DNA of 64,000 nt from Octopus sinensis (GCF_006345805.1 NC_043002.1:23374001-23438000); one strand, 5' to 3'. Shown: positions 38,254 to 51,924, numbered from the stretch's first letter. Numbers and translations are program-made. The notes: a model not told the origin generated them from the letters alone.

Positions 38254-38597
38254 GTTTGTTGTGTCAGAACAGAATACTTGAGAGATCTCTCGTATGGACT
38301 TGTGTTCCATAAAAGTACTCGTAACTACATCGTTGACAAATCAGAACCGTCTGCTACGGCCGCCGTAACTGCCAGATCACGTGATTTCGCCCTGCTATAG
38401 GTTCTTCAGTGACAGATGTCCAGCAGCGACATAACAGTCGAATTTTCGTGGACATCTGTCACTGAAGCGGCCATTGCAGTGCGTAATCAAATTGAAAACC
38501 AATATTGCGCTTTGGTATTAATACAGAATTAATACTGGTATTAATTCTGTCGTTTATAATCTTGATTATAATTATATATATATATACATATATCATG

Positions 38598-38645
<48 letters not shown>

Positions 38646-40680
38646 CATTGCGAGGTTGAGGCGAGCAGCTGTATACTTCTATATTTCTGCATTCTGTTCA
38701 TGTATGAATATCTGTGTAAATCTGTGTGTGTGCATTACATGTACATGTGTGATGAACATGATGTACATCTAATGAATATTAATAGGTATATAATGAGACT
38801 GAAGTATAATAATTTATAAGAAAATGACATATTGGCCAGAACGTCGTCATATTAAAATCGTTTTAATTTTGATCGCCAACTGTTCTTACACCACAACACC
38901 AAACTCTCCCAACCTACAAGAGGACGTTTATACTGTCACTTGACTTGCTAGAAATAGCTGCCAAATCTCTTGTGGATTTCAGAAATGGAATGATACACTG
39001 GATTGTGATCTCCAAGGGATAGTATATCTGATAAAATATGGAGTGGTCTTGGCTTGAATTGCTTGTGATCATAGGTTTCTTCACAATGACAATAACAAAA
39101 CAATAGCAACAACTCTAACAACAGCAATGACGCAAATCATGATCTGTTGCCATGGGCAGTAACTTGGCAGAATCATTAGAGCGTCGAACAAAAACGTTAT
39201 GCGGTATTTGTTTTGGCTCTTTACATTCTGAGTTCAAATGTCGCCGAGGCCAACTTTGTCTTAGTCAAATATTGAGTCGATTTAATCGAATAACCTCTCC
39301 CCTTGAATTTATGGCATTGAGCTTTTGTAAGAAACAATTTTTTTCATCAAGCAACAATCGAATGTGGAAGATACGACGTGGTCGCTCCCACAAATAGCAG
39401 TCAAATCTCTCTCGAAACACAAACCAATGTCTTCAGAACACATCGAATAATATAGTTCTTGGTATTTTTTTGAAATGGTATATTCATGTTAGGAACGCTT
39501 TCGACCATAAGTTTACCCAATCAGGGCATAAATGACAGTCTTCTGTTCACTAAATCCCTATTTCTAATAAATTATTTCATTACCACAAGGTATTATCTTG
39601 TTTATGTATCGCTTTATCCGAACTTAGTAACGTTCTTCCGTTTACATTCCAAGTTCAAATCCTGCCGAGGATAATACTAGGGAGGTATAATCGATATATC
39701 CTTTCTCTTGTACTTATATTATAAAATCAATAATATATATGTATAGCCACGGATCAGAATTCAGCCATTTCATTCATCAGGCTCTGCTTTGCTGTGATGT
39801 TACAGGACTCTCTCTCCCCCTTTCTCTCCCTCTCTCTCTGTCTCTCTCTCTCTCTTTCTCTCTTTGCTTGTTAGCTGGTTCGCGCGTGTGTGTAAGTATG
39901 TCTGTGTGTCCCTGTATGTGTGTGTAAGCGTGTGTAAGCGTGTGTCTACGTAAATTTCTATTCACACAAGATGTCTGACAGAATTGGAAGAGCGCTAGTA
40001 TTTCTTCCGGTTCTTTACATTCCGAGTTCAAACTCCACTGGGGTACGATAAAATAAAGTACCAGTAAAGGAGTGAGATTCGACTAAACTGACTAAGCCCT
40101 GCCGACCAAATAAGTGTCGTCCCTGTGCTTATGTTAGAAATAATAGTTCTTTACAATTATCTTTACTTTCTTAGTTCAAATTCTGCCAGGATCGATAAAA
40201 TAAGTAGCAATCAAGTAATGCAACAGAGATGTAACGTCACAGAAAATTGTGGTACGGTCGATTATTTCTAAGTTTGAAGTCATTACTATTATTAAAATAC
40301 ATATGAACAGTGGTATCATCATCACCATCATTATCATCGCCATCATCATCCTCATTACAATCATCATCTTCATCATCATCATCACTATCGTCATAACTCA
40401 TTATTTCTATTAACCGTCGTCTTTCGATTTCTCCGATTTATCATCATCGTCGTCGTCGTCGACGTCGTCACCATCATCATCATCATCATCACATCAACAT
40501 CATTATCATCATCATCATCATCATCATCATTATTGTTGTTGTTGGGGGGGGTCAGTTTTTTAATATTTTTTTACACCTTTGGAGTAGGAAGTAGATTTAT
40601 GTGATGGAAAGTGTATTTCATATTCTAGTATTCGATAAAAATTCTTCATGATCGCAATCATTTTCATCATCATTATCCTC

Positions 40681-40717
<37 letters not shown>

Positions 40718-41104
40718 ACGCCATTATTATCTATGATAATTTTATGAAAGCAATGCTGTACTATGATAATAGAAATACGTATCGAATCTCTACAATATTC
40801 TGCAATTACTACCTATTGCTATTATCTATATGAGTGTGTATGTGTGTGTGTATGTGTGTGTGTGTCTGTGTCTGTGTGTGTGCGTGCGCGCATGTATGTA
40901 TATATAAGTGGGATGTAGCATGCTTGAACCATTGCGATATGTGTAGATTAGATGTTTGCAAAATCGTATGAGCAATGCAGGAGAAGGGTTATGTAAAATA
41001 TGTAGGGCGATGTCAGTGAAAGAAAACAACCTTTCATAATTTATTTTTTAATGATCCTATAATATTTCGGGAAAAGTTCCCCTTTTAAACTAGAAAAGAG
41101 TAAC

Positions 41105-41470
41105 CAAAGATTCAAAAGAGATGAGTTGTGTGATAAAAGGTTACCTTCCTAAGCACATGGTTCAGGCTCATCCCCACTGTGTGGCGCTTTGGAAAAGTGC
41201 CTTCTACTATTATCTTGGGCCGAACAAAGCCTTGTGAATGGATTTGGTAGGTAGAAACTGAATGAAGCTCGTCGAGTGTGGGGGTGTTTGTCCTCACCAC
41301 CACTTGACAACTGGTATTGGTTTATTTACGTCTCCATAACTTTGCGTTTCAGCAAAAGATATCAATAGAATAAGTACCAGATTTAAATAAAATACGAACT
41401 GGTATCGATTCATTCGACTAAAATTCCAGCATGGCTGCAGTCTAATGACTGAAACAATTAAAAGATAAAA
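41105..41470. mobile_element. Rearranged SINE family A pieces
   Basis: Head-like ATGGTTCAGGCTCATCCCCACTGTGTGGC...GGATTTGGTAGGTAGAAACTG followed by tail GATAGAATAAGTAC...GACTGAAACAATTAAAAGATAAAAG. Confidence 0.7.
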
Positions 41471-44341
41471 GATAGTTTTGGGGTCTTAACGCACCTTTAG
41501 GCATCCGCTGCTTGTCTTTATGAGGTGTAAAGATATAATAGTGACGAGGAAATAGTGACTTTTATTCGGGACTCCTAGCGAACTCTGTTTCTCAAGATAA
41601 TTTTGAAATTCTGTCTGATTGCACTATCGATAAAGACGACTTAACTGCTTAAAAAAAAACGTTTTCATTCAGCCGGTAATTGAACACGTAGTCCGATAAA
41701 AGCCCCCCATTCGTAAACAATTAACCACAGAATCTGTTGATGATACCGTAATATCTCTTCAGAAACGTAACTTAGACTGAAACTTCAAAAGCACACTGCT
41801 AAATCATAAGGAGACAAAAATATTCGCTATTCATTCATAACTGAAATCTTTTATACTCGGCTACTAACAAGCCCACGACTTCAGTCGTAGATCAGGATCG
41901 TGTTTTAGAAATAGAAATAAAAGAATCTCATTTTCAAATATATGATTTTGCTTTTAAGATAAAATAATGTAATAAACTCCACAAAAGTGGCTAAAGAAGA
42001 ATATTTGAATTTTGAAACAAATGTCTTAAAGAGATTTCTCCTTTGAAGTTTAATTTTGTTGAGATCAAAAGAGTTATTTTCGCTGGAATTTTTTTTTGAG
42101 AAATGACCGCACCTAATGACTATTCACATAATACTAATTCAAGTCAGCCAAGCAACCGAAGTTTTACCACTTTTATGCTAATTATCTCTAGCAGCTCACG
42201 TGCTTCACTCCTGGTCCTTCAGGACAGCGATGCAGGTGACTGAAGTTATTCTTATTTTGTATTTACCCCATCATCTCATGCACAGCAAAAACTCAGTGCC
42301 CTAAGCTCCTAAGGGATTCACTCATACATGCAAAAAGAACAAGGCCTGCAACGCCTGGAGAAACTCACCAACTATTCAAAACCAAACGGTGTTTGCCCAG
42401 TAATGTACCTCTTGCAAGGGTACGACCCAACCCACATAGGTTGCCCTTCGTGCATAGTACGGCACTCAAACTGTCCTGGCACCCAAAGTACAGCCATGCA
42501 TTCTGATCCTTCTTAAAAGAATCTCTATCAGCTTTGCAGAATCCGCTTTTCCTCCAATTCTCAATAAAAATAACTCTGTAAACAATATTCCTGTGGAGAA
42601 AGTATTTTTAGCGGGGGCCCTGCTGAGTTTTGAACCCCCGCTCTGAGATTTTTCTAACTCAGGATCACGACCAACCGAATTGCCATAAAAAGCAATGGGA
42701 TGCCATCAAAAGGCATTAACACCTACGTGAATGGGGCTCAACCTTTCAGTATTGGCCGGCTTATTATGGTTGGGACAGAGAACTTCGAAGCAAGTGTACG
42801 AATTTTACATCATTTAAACTTGAACAAAGGATCCGGAAATTTTGCTTACAGTTATAAAAAAAGCTACCGAATTCAACTTCAGACGAGAACCACTCAGCAA
42901 TCCACACGGAACTATTTCAATTTGCTCGATAAGTTGGTCTCTCACCCTGTTCAATTTTTTCTTACTTTACACGTTTGGTTTGTGTTCGACAAAGGGTACC
43001 GACTTTGAACTGTAATGTCGAATCACGCTCACATTAACTGCATACTGTCGCTCAAACCATTTCTATTTATTCCGTCTTCAATAACTATGAACTATTCTCA
43101 TAATATTATCAAGCTTGTATTACAGAAGACTCCTTTCATGGACGTTATTTCATTATATCAAACATGTGTACACATGTATAGGTAAATGTTGTGGGTTACA
43201 TTATATGAAATCTCAAATACACATTAATGTGGCCATTCTTGTCTTCACACACAACCCACCAAATATCATGAACAACCAACAAAGAATTTATGATTAAAAC
43301 CCACACTAAACATTTATCTGTACTGTCTGTTTCGCATCTATCTCCATATTGTAAACACTTGGCAAGTTTTCTCCAAATATATTCCCGACAAGTTCATGAC
43401 CTTCCATATAGTCACGCCAAATGCAAAAGTGCCTCTGGCTACTTCAAAACTCACTATACCACCTGCTCTAACAAAGTCTCTCAATCTTTGCACCCCAGAA
43501 CTAGCCTCACCAAATTTTTTAATCATTCCTTGGTCTTTAGAAACACACTATAAAAGACTTGTTAACAAATTTCGGTCGACAGAAATTGTGGAAAAACTTA
43601 TCGGATGAATTATATTTCAAACTCAAAGACACAGGCTTGTCACGCACAGTGTAAGGCTGTATATACTTAACGTAAGGGTACACAGCTTAAGGCACAAAGA
43701 CAAGTGTACCCTTACGTTATAAGTACATTTGTCTGTTGATACTTAACCAATTATACGTTAATTCTATGAACAGGTGAATTAATTGATCGAACAACTGAAA
43801 TATTTGACGTCGAAACTAACACTGATTCATTTACTTTATTGCTTACGGTTACTTTGAAAGTTCAAATCATTCCCGAGGTCAATAACCTTTAAAGAAATTA
43901 ACTATATCTGGAAAACTGGACATGTGTGTGAAATCATAGTATGAAGAAAAGAACATGTATTAAACAGACGTCACATCAATGCATGACACGTGTGTGTGTG
44001 TGTATGTATGTATGTATGTATATATGTATGTATACGTGTAATGTATATATAAAGTGCGAATAGATTTTCTTTCAAACATGTTAAATTAAAAACAACAAAA
44101 ATATTCTTCTTTGACCTTTTTTTTAATAAAGTTTTTCATATTTCAATATTAGTTCTTTTATATTTAGTTTGGGATAATAACGTTTCTAAATATATATGTC
44201 CGACGTTTCGAGATTTTTACAATTTCATTTTCAAAACGAAAACCTTTATGAGTTAGCGTAGAACGCACGGACGACATGACAAGATATAGCTCTAAACCAA
44301 ATAATAATGAAACATGAAAATTATTTTACTAAAAATATATA

Positions 44342-44548
44342 CGAAGGAGTGTTGGAAAACTTCCTGGCTTTAAGGGTATCACGAAATGCCCTCTTGGAGG
44401 CCTAACCTTCAGCAGAGTTCCTTTACAGAGCTTAGAAAAACTGAAGGACCTCTGCAATAAATGTGTGTATCTGAGAGGAGGATATGTTGAGTACAATCAT
44501 AATTAACTGACCCTCCTGTATTTTCTTTTACTTTTCAGCACTCTCTTG
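44342..44548. mobile_element. Mariner-derived MITE (same family as 8817-9030)
   Basis: TA|CGAAGGAGTGTTGGAAAACTTCCTGGCTTTAAGGG. The internal sequence is the reverse complement of the 8817 copy. Confidence 0.65.
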
Positions 44549-44728
44549 TGCAATCAGTAAGCATACGGACACTCAGACATCACATATACACACACACACA
44601 CACACACACAAACACTCATACAAACAAATACGCATATACACAGAAAACCCACACGTAGACACATTCACACACTTTCACGCATACATGTACATATGTGTGT
44701 ATGTGTATGTATGTATACATATGTGTGT

Positions 44729-44767
<39 letters not shown>

Positions 44768-44847
44768 CATATGTATATATACATATATATTTATATACAT
44801 ATATACATGCATATACACATATATATATATATACACACATACACACA

Positions 44848-44917
<70 letters not shown>

Positions 44918-45156
44918 CGTTTAACTATACGCACAACATGACTGGGAAAACTGATGAAGAAATTGACTTGTCTTATCTTTGGTCAGCTTAGAAGCCAAGT
45001 TTTCAAACAGAGTTAATCAAAGTGCCTAAGGACTTGTCAATGTTGTAATCAAAAATCTAAGAAAACAAGTAAAGAGAAACGCACAAGAACGGCGGATGAA
45101 TGCCAATTCCATAATAGATGTTGATGTCCATTAAATTATATAATATATATATTCAT

Positions 45157-45218
<62 letters not shown>

Positions 45219-45219
45219 T

Positions 45220-45273
<54 letters not shown>

Positions 45274-45522
45274 GTGTATATATATATATGTATATATGTA
45301 TATATATATATACACATACACGTTTGCATATAGCTATATATGTATTTAAAATCATACATATATAAACACATAAATGCGCGTATACATACCAACATACATA
45401 TATATACATACGTACGTGCATATATACTCACATACATGTACATACATATAGATGCAAACATAAATATATATATCATTCACGTGCACACAACGGACATATG
45501 TATGTGTGTGTATATATATATA

Positions 45523-45560
<38 letters not shown>

Positions 45561-45692
45561 TATATATATATACAAACACATCCATACAATGCATACTACA
45601 TGCATATTACACACATACTAACACACACATACATATACACGTACGAATGCATACATGCATACACACGCATACGTACACGCATACATACATAT

Positions 45693-45741
<49 letters not shown>

Positions 45742-45848
45742 ATACACACACATACACGAATAGAATGCAAATCAAAATCTTTTGTTGGGCAATCCCACCA
45801 AACCAGACCTTAATATCAATCAATATTACATGAATAAACATGCGTGTG

Positions 45849-45984
<136 letters not shown>

Positions 45985-46450
45985 TGTGCATGTGTATTGT
46001 AGGCAGTAAACAGGAGAAATAATATAATCCTACAATAATCAAATGTCAACATTATATTAGGAAAATTATGGAAATTATCAATGGACGACAATTTTGTTGG
46101 ATTTATTCAACGTCATTTCATTGTTCTTTGTTTTTGTTTATTTTTTTTCTGGTGGCTTTTTGGAACTTTTATTATTTCTTTGTTTGTATTTTATACTGTG
46201 CTTCGTTTTTCATTATTACTTGACCTGTTCCAAGATGGCTAATATATATGTATGTGTATATATGTGTCTGTGTGTGTGCGTGTGTGTGTATTTATGTGTA
46301 TATATAAATATATATGTGTGTTAGATATATACGTATTAATATACATGTTTGTATACATATATACGTATTAATATACATGTTTGTATACATATATACGTAT
46401 ATACATATATATATGTATGTATACATATGTATATAAATATATATATATAC

Positions 46451-46510
<60 letters not shown>

Positions 46511-46551
46511 TAAGAGAAGATGCGTGACGTTCAGTCATAATATATATTATA

Positions 46552-46631
<80 letters not shown>

Positions 46632-47434
46632 TATATATATATATATGTATGTATGTATTATGTTTATGTATGTATGCATGTATGTATGTATTTATGTATG
46701 TATAAAACTTGGTGTCACGTTAAAGAGAAGAATTCTTTGATTAAAATTGAAATATCGTTATTGGTACTGTTTTTAATATCCGCTCGAACCAATAATACCT
46801 ATAACTTTTAACAAGCCAATAAAGCTCTATCATACGTGGTCACGTGAACCAACGAAGGGGTTGCACATAGTAGCCCGACCTGCTATGAATATCATCCAAA
46901 CCTGCTGAACATTAAAACAAAGAAAATTTACAGCTCAAGAGTAAACCTCTATGCTTTCAATCGACCTCCGAGAAATCGACCGATGGGGAAATATGCCTCA
47001 AAACACACGCCATCTTGATTTTGAAAAGCAAGAGGAACCATTAGATAATTTAGTATTACATGCATTGTGTTTGACGATATGGTCATGACTGGAATGTTTT
47101 TAATCATAGGTCTGATTGATCGATATCGAATTAAGATTAAGCAACCAAAATAAGCACAAATCTGTGTATGTATTAAGAATGCAATGAGCACAAAAAGACA
47201 ACTCGAGTGAGAGTGGGTTTAACGAATGTTTCTTTAGTTTAACGCTTATAAACACGTGTGTATATATAATATATGTGTGTGTGTGTGTGTGTGTGTGTAC
47301 ATATATACATGTGCCGACATGCATACATATATGTATATCTACAAATGTATATCTACGAACGGTGGTGCCCCAGAATGGCCGCGGCCTTCGTTCTAAAACA
47401 CTTTTAAGGATTTAAGGATTTAAGTATATGTACA

Positions 47435-47557
<123 letters not shown>

Positions 47558-47591
47558 ATATATACATATATTATATACGAGGATGAAAAGT

Positions 47592-47634
47592 GTCGCTGAA
47601 GAAGTCATAGATGTGTGACGAAAGACTTCCAGAC
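47592..47634 (+). ncRNA. Minimal type I hammerhead ribozyme-like motif (probably PLE-derived)
   Basis: GTCG-CTGAAGA-A-GTCA-tagatgtg-TGAC-GAAA-GACTTC-CAGAC: core CUGANGA and GAAA, a 4-bp stem II, a short stem III and an imperfect stem I. Confidence 0.5.
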
Positions 47635-48144
47635 AATGGACATGAGTTAGAATAAGAACATTAATAAACGAGTGAAGAAGAAATATACAGTACTGGGCTT
47701 ACAAAGAATAAGTCCAGGGATAGATTTCTACGACTAGAAACCCTTTAAGGCAGTGCTCCAGAATGGCCGCTGTCAGATGACTGAATCAAGTAAAAGAATA
47801 AAAGAATAAAAGAATACACTAGGATCGTGCGTTGATATAAATTATTATTTGTTTGTAATACTGCTGTGAGATTATGCGAAACAATATTTCTCTCATTGAC
47901 GTGTATTTTTTTTCTGGATGTAAACGTTTGAAAAATTACTAACTAGTTATTTTGAACTGTTCAGACGGAGTTAAATCATTCTCCGTTTACTTGATAAATA
48001 GTTTTTTAATCCGAAATATTCAAATACAAAGTTTAAAATTTTGATCATTAATCATCATTTGGTTTCGTTTTACTTGTGTTTAAACTTCCAAAGTTATATT
48101 GTAGTGATTTTCTTAAACACTATATATATATATATATACATACA

Positions 48145-48288
<144 letters not shown>

Positions 48289-48419
48289 CCACCAGCCATT
48301 AGAGTCTGTTGCGATGTATGTAAAGCCAAGCGCTTTATGGACGTGAAACACTGGGTAACCCTATGAACCAGGCATAACTATCTTTATCTAAGCATACATA
48401 CATACATGTGTGTGTGTGC

Positions 48420-49137
48420 ATAAAGCAAATAAGTAATAAGGATTTCCAGGTATCAGTGCTTTACAGCCGTTTCAAGCGACTCCAATTAATCGATCAATGA
48501 AAACATTACATCAATATGAAATAAATCACCCTTCTCGGACGCAACCAACCATATAGATTTCTAACATAAAGAATAAACCGTGTTTTTTAGTGAACTTATA
48601 TCAGTACCAGTAACCAAAATCATTACAATGATTCTCTTTGATATTTTCATGGCAGAATGAAATTTAGCAAATAATGCATACCTACAGCCTGCTATGATTT
48701 AGAGCAACACAGGGGAATAGTGGTAGTTAAGAATGAGGAAAAGAGAGACAGGTCATCATTATTAGATTTTTAAGATTATTTGCGCAGAAATCTAATAATG
48801 ATGACCTGTCTCACTTTTCCTCATTTTTAACTACCACTATTCCCCTCTGTTGCTCTAAATCATAGCATGCTGTAAGTATGCAATATTTACGAAATTTCAT
48901 TCTGTCACGAAAATGCCAAAGAGAATAATTGTAATGATTTTGGTTGCTGGTACTGACATAAGTTCGCTAAAAAACATGGTTTATTCTTTATGTTAGAAAA
49001 CTATATGGTTGGTTGCGTCCGTGGAGAGCGATTTATTTCATATTGATGTAATGTTTTCATCGATCGATTAAATGGAGCAACTTGAAACGGCTGTAAAGCA
49101 CTGATACCTGGAAATTCTTGTTATTTATTTGCTTTAT
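48420..49137. mobile_element. Foldback / long-TIR MITE-like element
   Basis: Arms ~48420-48769 and ~48788-49137 are reverse complements along their full length with scattered substitutions. The spacer is 18 nt (TTAAGATTATTTGCGCAG). Confidence 0.85.
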
Positions 49138-49288
49138 ATTCACCTAACTTCAAGCTGCGCAGACTTTACCGAAAGGCCTTGGTGCCTCAACTTAGATACT
49201 TAATTCAACTGAATCTCAATTATTTCTTATATATACACATATCTATATACACATATACATATATATATACATATATATATATATGTAT

Positions 49289-49349
<61 letters not shown>

Positions 49350-49402
49350 ATGTATATATATATATTATATATAATATATATTATATATATATATATATAT
49401 AA

Positions 49403-49435
<33 letters not shown>

Positions 49436-49437
49436 GT

Positions 49438-49521
<84 letters not shown>

Positions 49522-50667
49522 AGCACACACATACAGACATAGACACACACACACGTCTTTGCATAGGGGACATCCGGGCTCCGCCTTCGCCGTGAACATG
49601 AATTAATCTTCTCTCTTCGCTCCTTTGCACCATAGGGGCTCATTTTCCCCTCCTCTCCTCTCTTCATCTGACATCTACTTCCTCTCTTCACTCCTATCCA
49701 CCTTCTCTCTTCATTGATACCACTCCCAACCTACACTCCACACACCCCACACCCTGGGCGGTTGGTTTATAGTTATTATCAGTGTATTTGGGCGATTTAA
49801 ATAAGAGTTTTGATCGTTATTTTCAGCAAGAAGACATATTTAGTACGTCCTTTGATTAATTTATATAGAGAGAGAAGGGGGGCAAGCAACTAATTGTGGA
49901 AGAGCCATTTCATAACGTAAAAACCGGTAAAAATCACTTTTAAATTTATTTTTATCTTGAGGTGAGAGGAGTCAAACTTTTTGTTGTTTCACTGAGAACT
50001 GGTCACTGGCACATTTTCTCTGCAACATATGTGTGTGTATGTGTTGAGAACTAACTACTCATTGAATCATTGATAATACATGCAGTACCATGCAGTGGCT
50101 CTCATGGCTTCTGATCTTAACTGACTGGAAGTGTTATCATGTACATTGTTTTGTCTTGGTATAAAAGATGGGCTACAGCAAATACTCTGCTCAATACCAC
50201 AGATTTGTTTGTCAGTTGCTTGATCTTAACCAGTTGAGCATGTCCCTTATTGGCTGACGATATGTGCGTTTCTGATCACGGGCAGAAGTAGTGGGGGAGC
50301 ATCATAGCTATGTGTTGAGAGGAATTCTTTGGGGTTTGGATAATTCACCTTTGGAAACATGGGTGTTTTGTTCATCATCCTTAAACAACCTTTATTCAGA
50401 GACCTTTTGAACGGGAGGGGCTATCGACCTGATGAAAATTCTAATTGGGCCCCACCTACCAGGTGTTTATCTTGATATGAGATCACCATGTCGCGCACAT
50501 ATGGTTGTGATGCATGTGCCTGGTGTACCCTTATCAGAAGGGAAGTCATGATGGATATACTGGGCTTCGTATATTTTACCCCAGTGTCACTTTGCTGGCA
50601 TGTACTGCTCTCTCACTCATACATACATACATACATACATACATACATACATACATACATACATACA

Positions 50668-50701
<34 letters not shown>

Positions 50702-51248
50702 CATACATACATACATAAGAACATACATACATACATACGTATGTATAGATACAGAATGTGACAAGGCTGACATTTGGAAATACGGATATAATCCATTCAG
50801 TAGTCTTCCGTACAGTTTTCTTGTACCCAATTTTACTCACAATGGTTGAGTCGACTCTTTACAGTAAAATTGTATCCAGATATGTCCCCCATGATTGCAT
50901 ATGAAGTAGAACAGCTAATCCTTCGCAAACATTACTAATCACAAGAAATCAACTACAGCTGCAGCCGATATGACAGAAATACGATTCTTCTAGATTATCG
51001 TCTATCGCCATTATTCAGAGTTATATTGACTATGATATCTTCCAGGTCAATGAAGCGGCAGCCATCTTAACTAAAGAATGACCGATTTTGACAACTAGAC
51101 AAACAGCTCCATTCTCTTCTGTCAAAACTCGATCAACGTGGATATCTTTGTAGGAATTATGATAGAGGAATAGTTGAAGAACAGAAATATCATCGTAGAT
51201 TCTTTCTTTTTTTACCAGAGAAATCGTTTTGTTTATTCGACGAGGTTT

Positions 51249-51321
<73 letters not shown>

Positions 51322-51684
51322 TGTGTGTGTGTGCGTGCGCGTGGTTTTTTGTTTTGTTTTTTGTTTTTTTATTTTGTTTTTTTATTTTGTTTTGTTTTTT
51401 AGTGGGAGTGTTATTTTTGCTACTCACTTAAAAGCTTGTATTTGTGTTTTCTTCGCCGATTGTTGCAATTGTTTTTAGTTTGCTCATGTTTTTATTGTTG
51501 TTCTTTTATGTGGTTTCTGCCTATCTTCGATTTCGGAATCGCTTTTGACTATAGCTCTTATTGTTATTGTTTTGTTGTTGTTTAAGTTCTTGTTTATGTA
51601 ATTGCTTTTGTACATGATTTTGTTGTTGTTGCTTTGCTTGTTGTGCAATCGTTTTGGTGTGACTTGTTATTGTTATTGTGAGCT

Positions 51685-51860
51685 AGCAAAATCGTTAGAG
51701 CGTCGAACAAAATGCTGTGCAGCATTTCTTCCGACTCCTTACGTTTTGAGTTCAAACTATGCCGGGGTCGAATTTGCCTTTAACATTACCAAGACTAGAG
51801 TCAAGGTAATCGTCTGATAACCTCCCACTAAAATTACTGGCCTTGTTTTAAAATTTGAAG
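51685..51860 (+). mobile_element. SINE family B (diverged)
   Basis: CTAGCAAAATCGTTAGAGCGTCGAACAAAATGC...TTACGTTTTGAGTTCAAAC...AAAATTACTGGCCTTG. Confidence 0.7.
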
Positions 51861-51924
51861 CAATCATCATCGTTATTGCAAACTAACAGTCTTTAAAACG
51901 TCGAACAAAATGCCACGTGGTATA

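Noticed and set aside
50030-50460. Segment that looks like a familiar octopus interspersed repeat
   Set aside because: It is single-copy in this window with no diagnostic motif. I cannot support a class without a library search.
50840-50960. Possible minus-strand exon ending at a GTGAGT donor (~50840)
   Set aside because: The open frames are short (LFYFICNHGG... or RRISCSTSY...), have no recognisable homology and have only a weak acceptor. It cannot be supported without RNA data.
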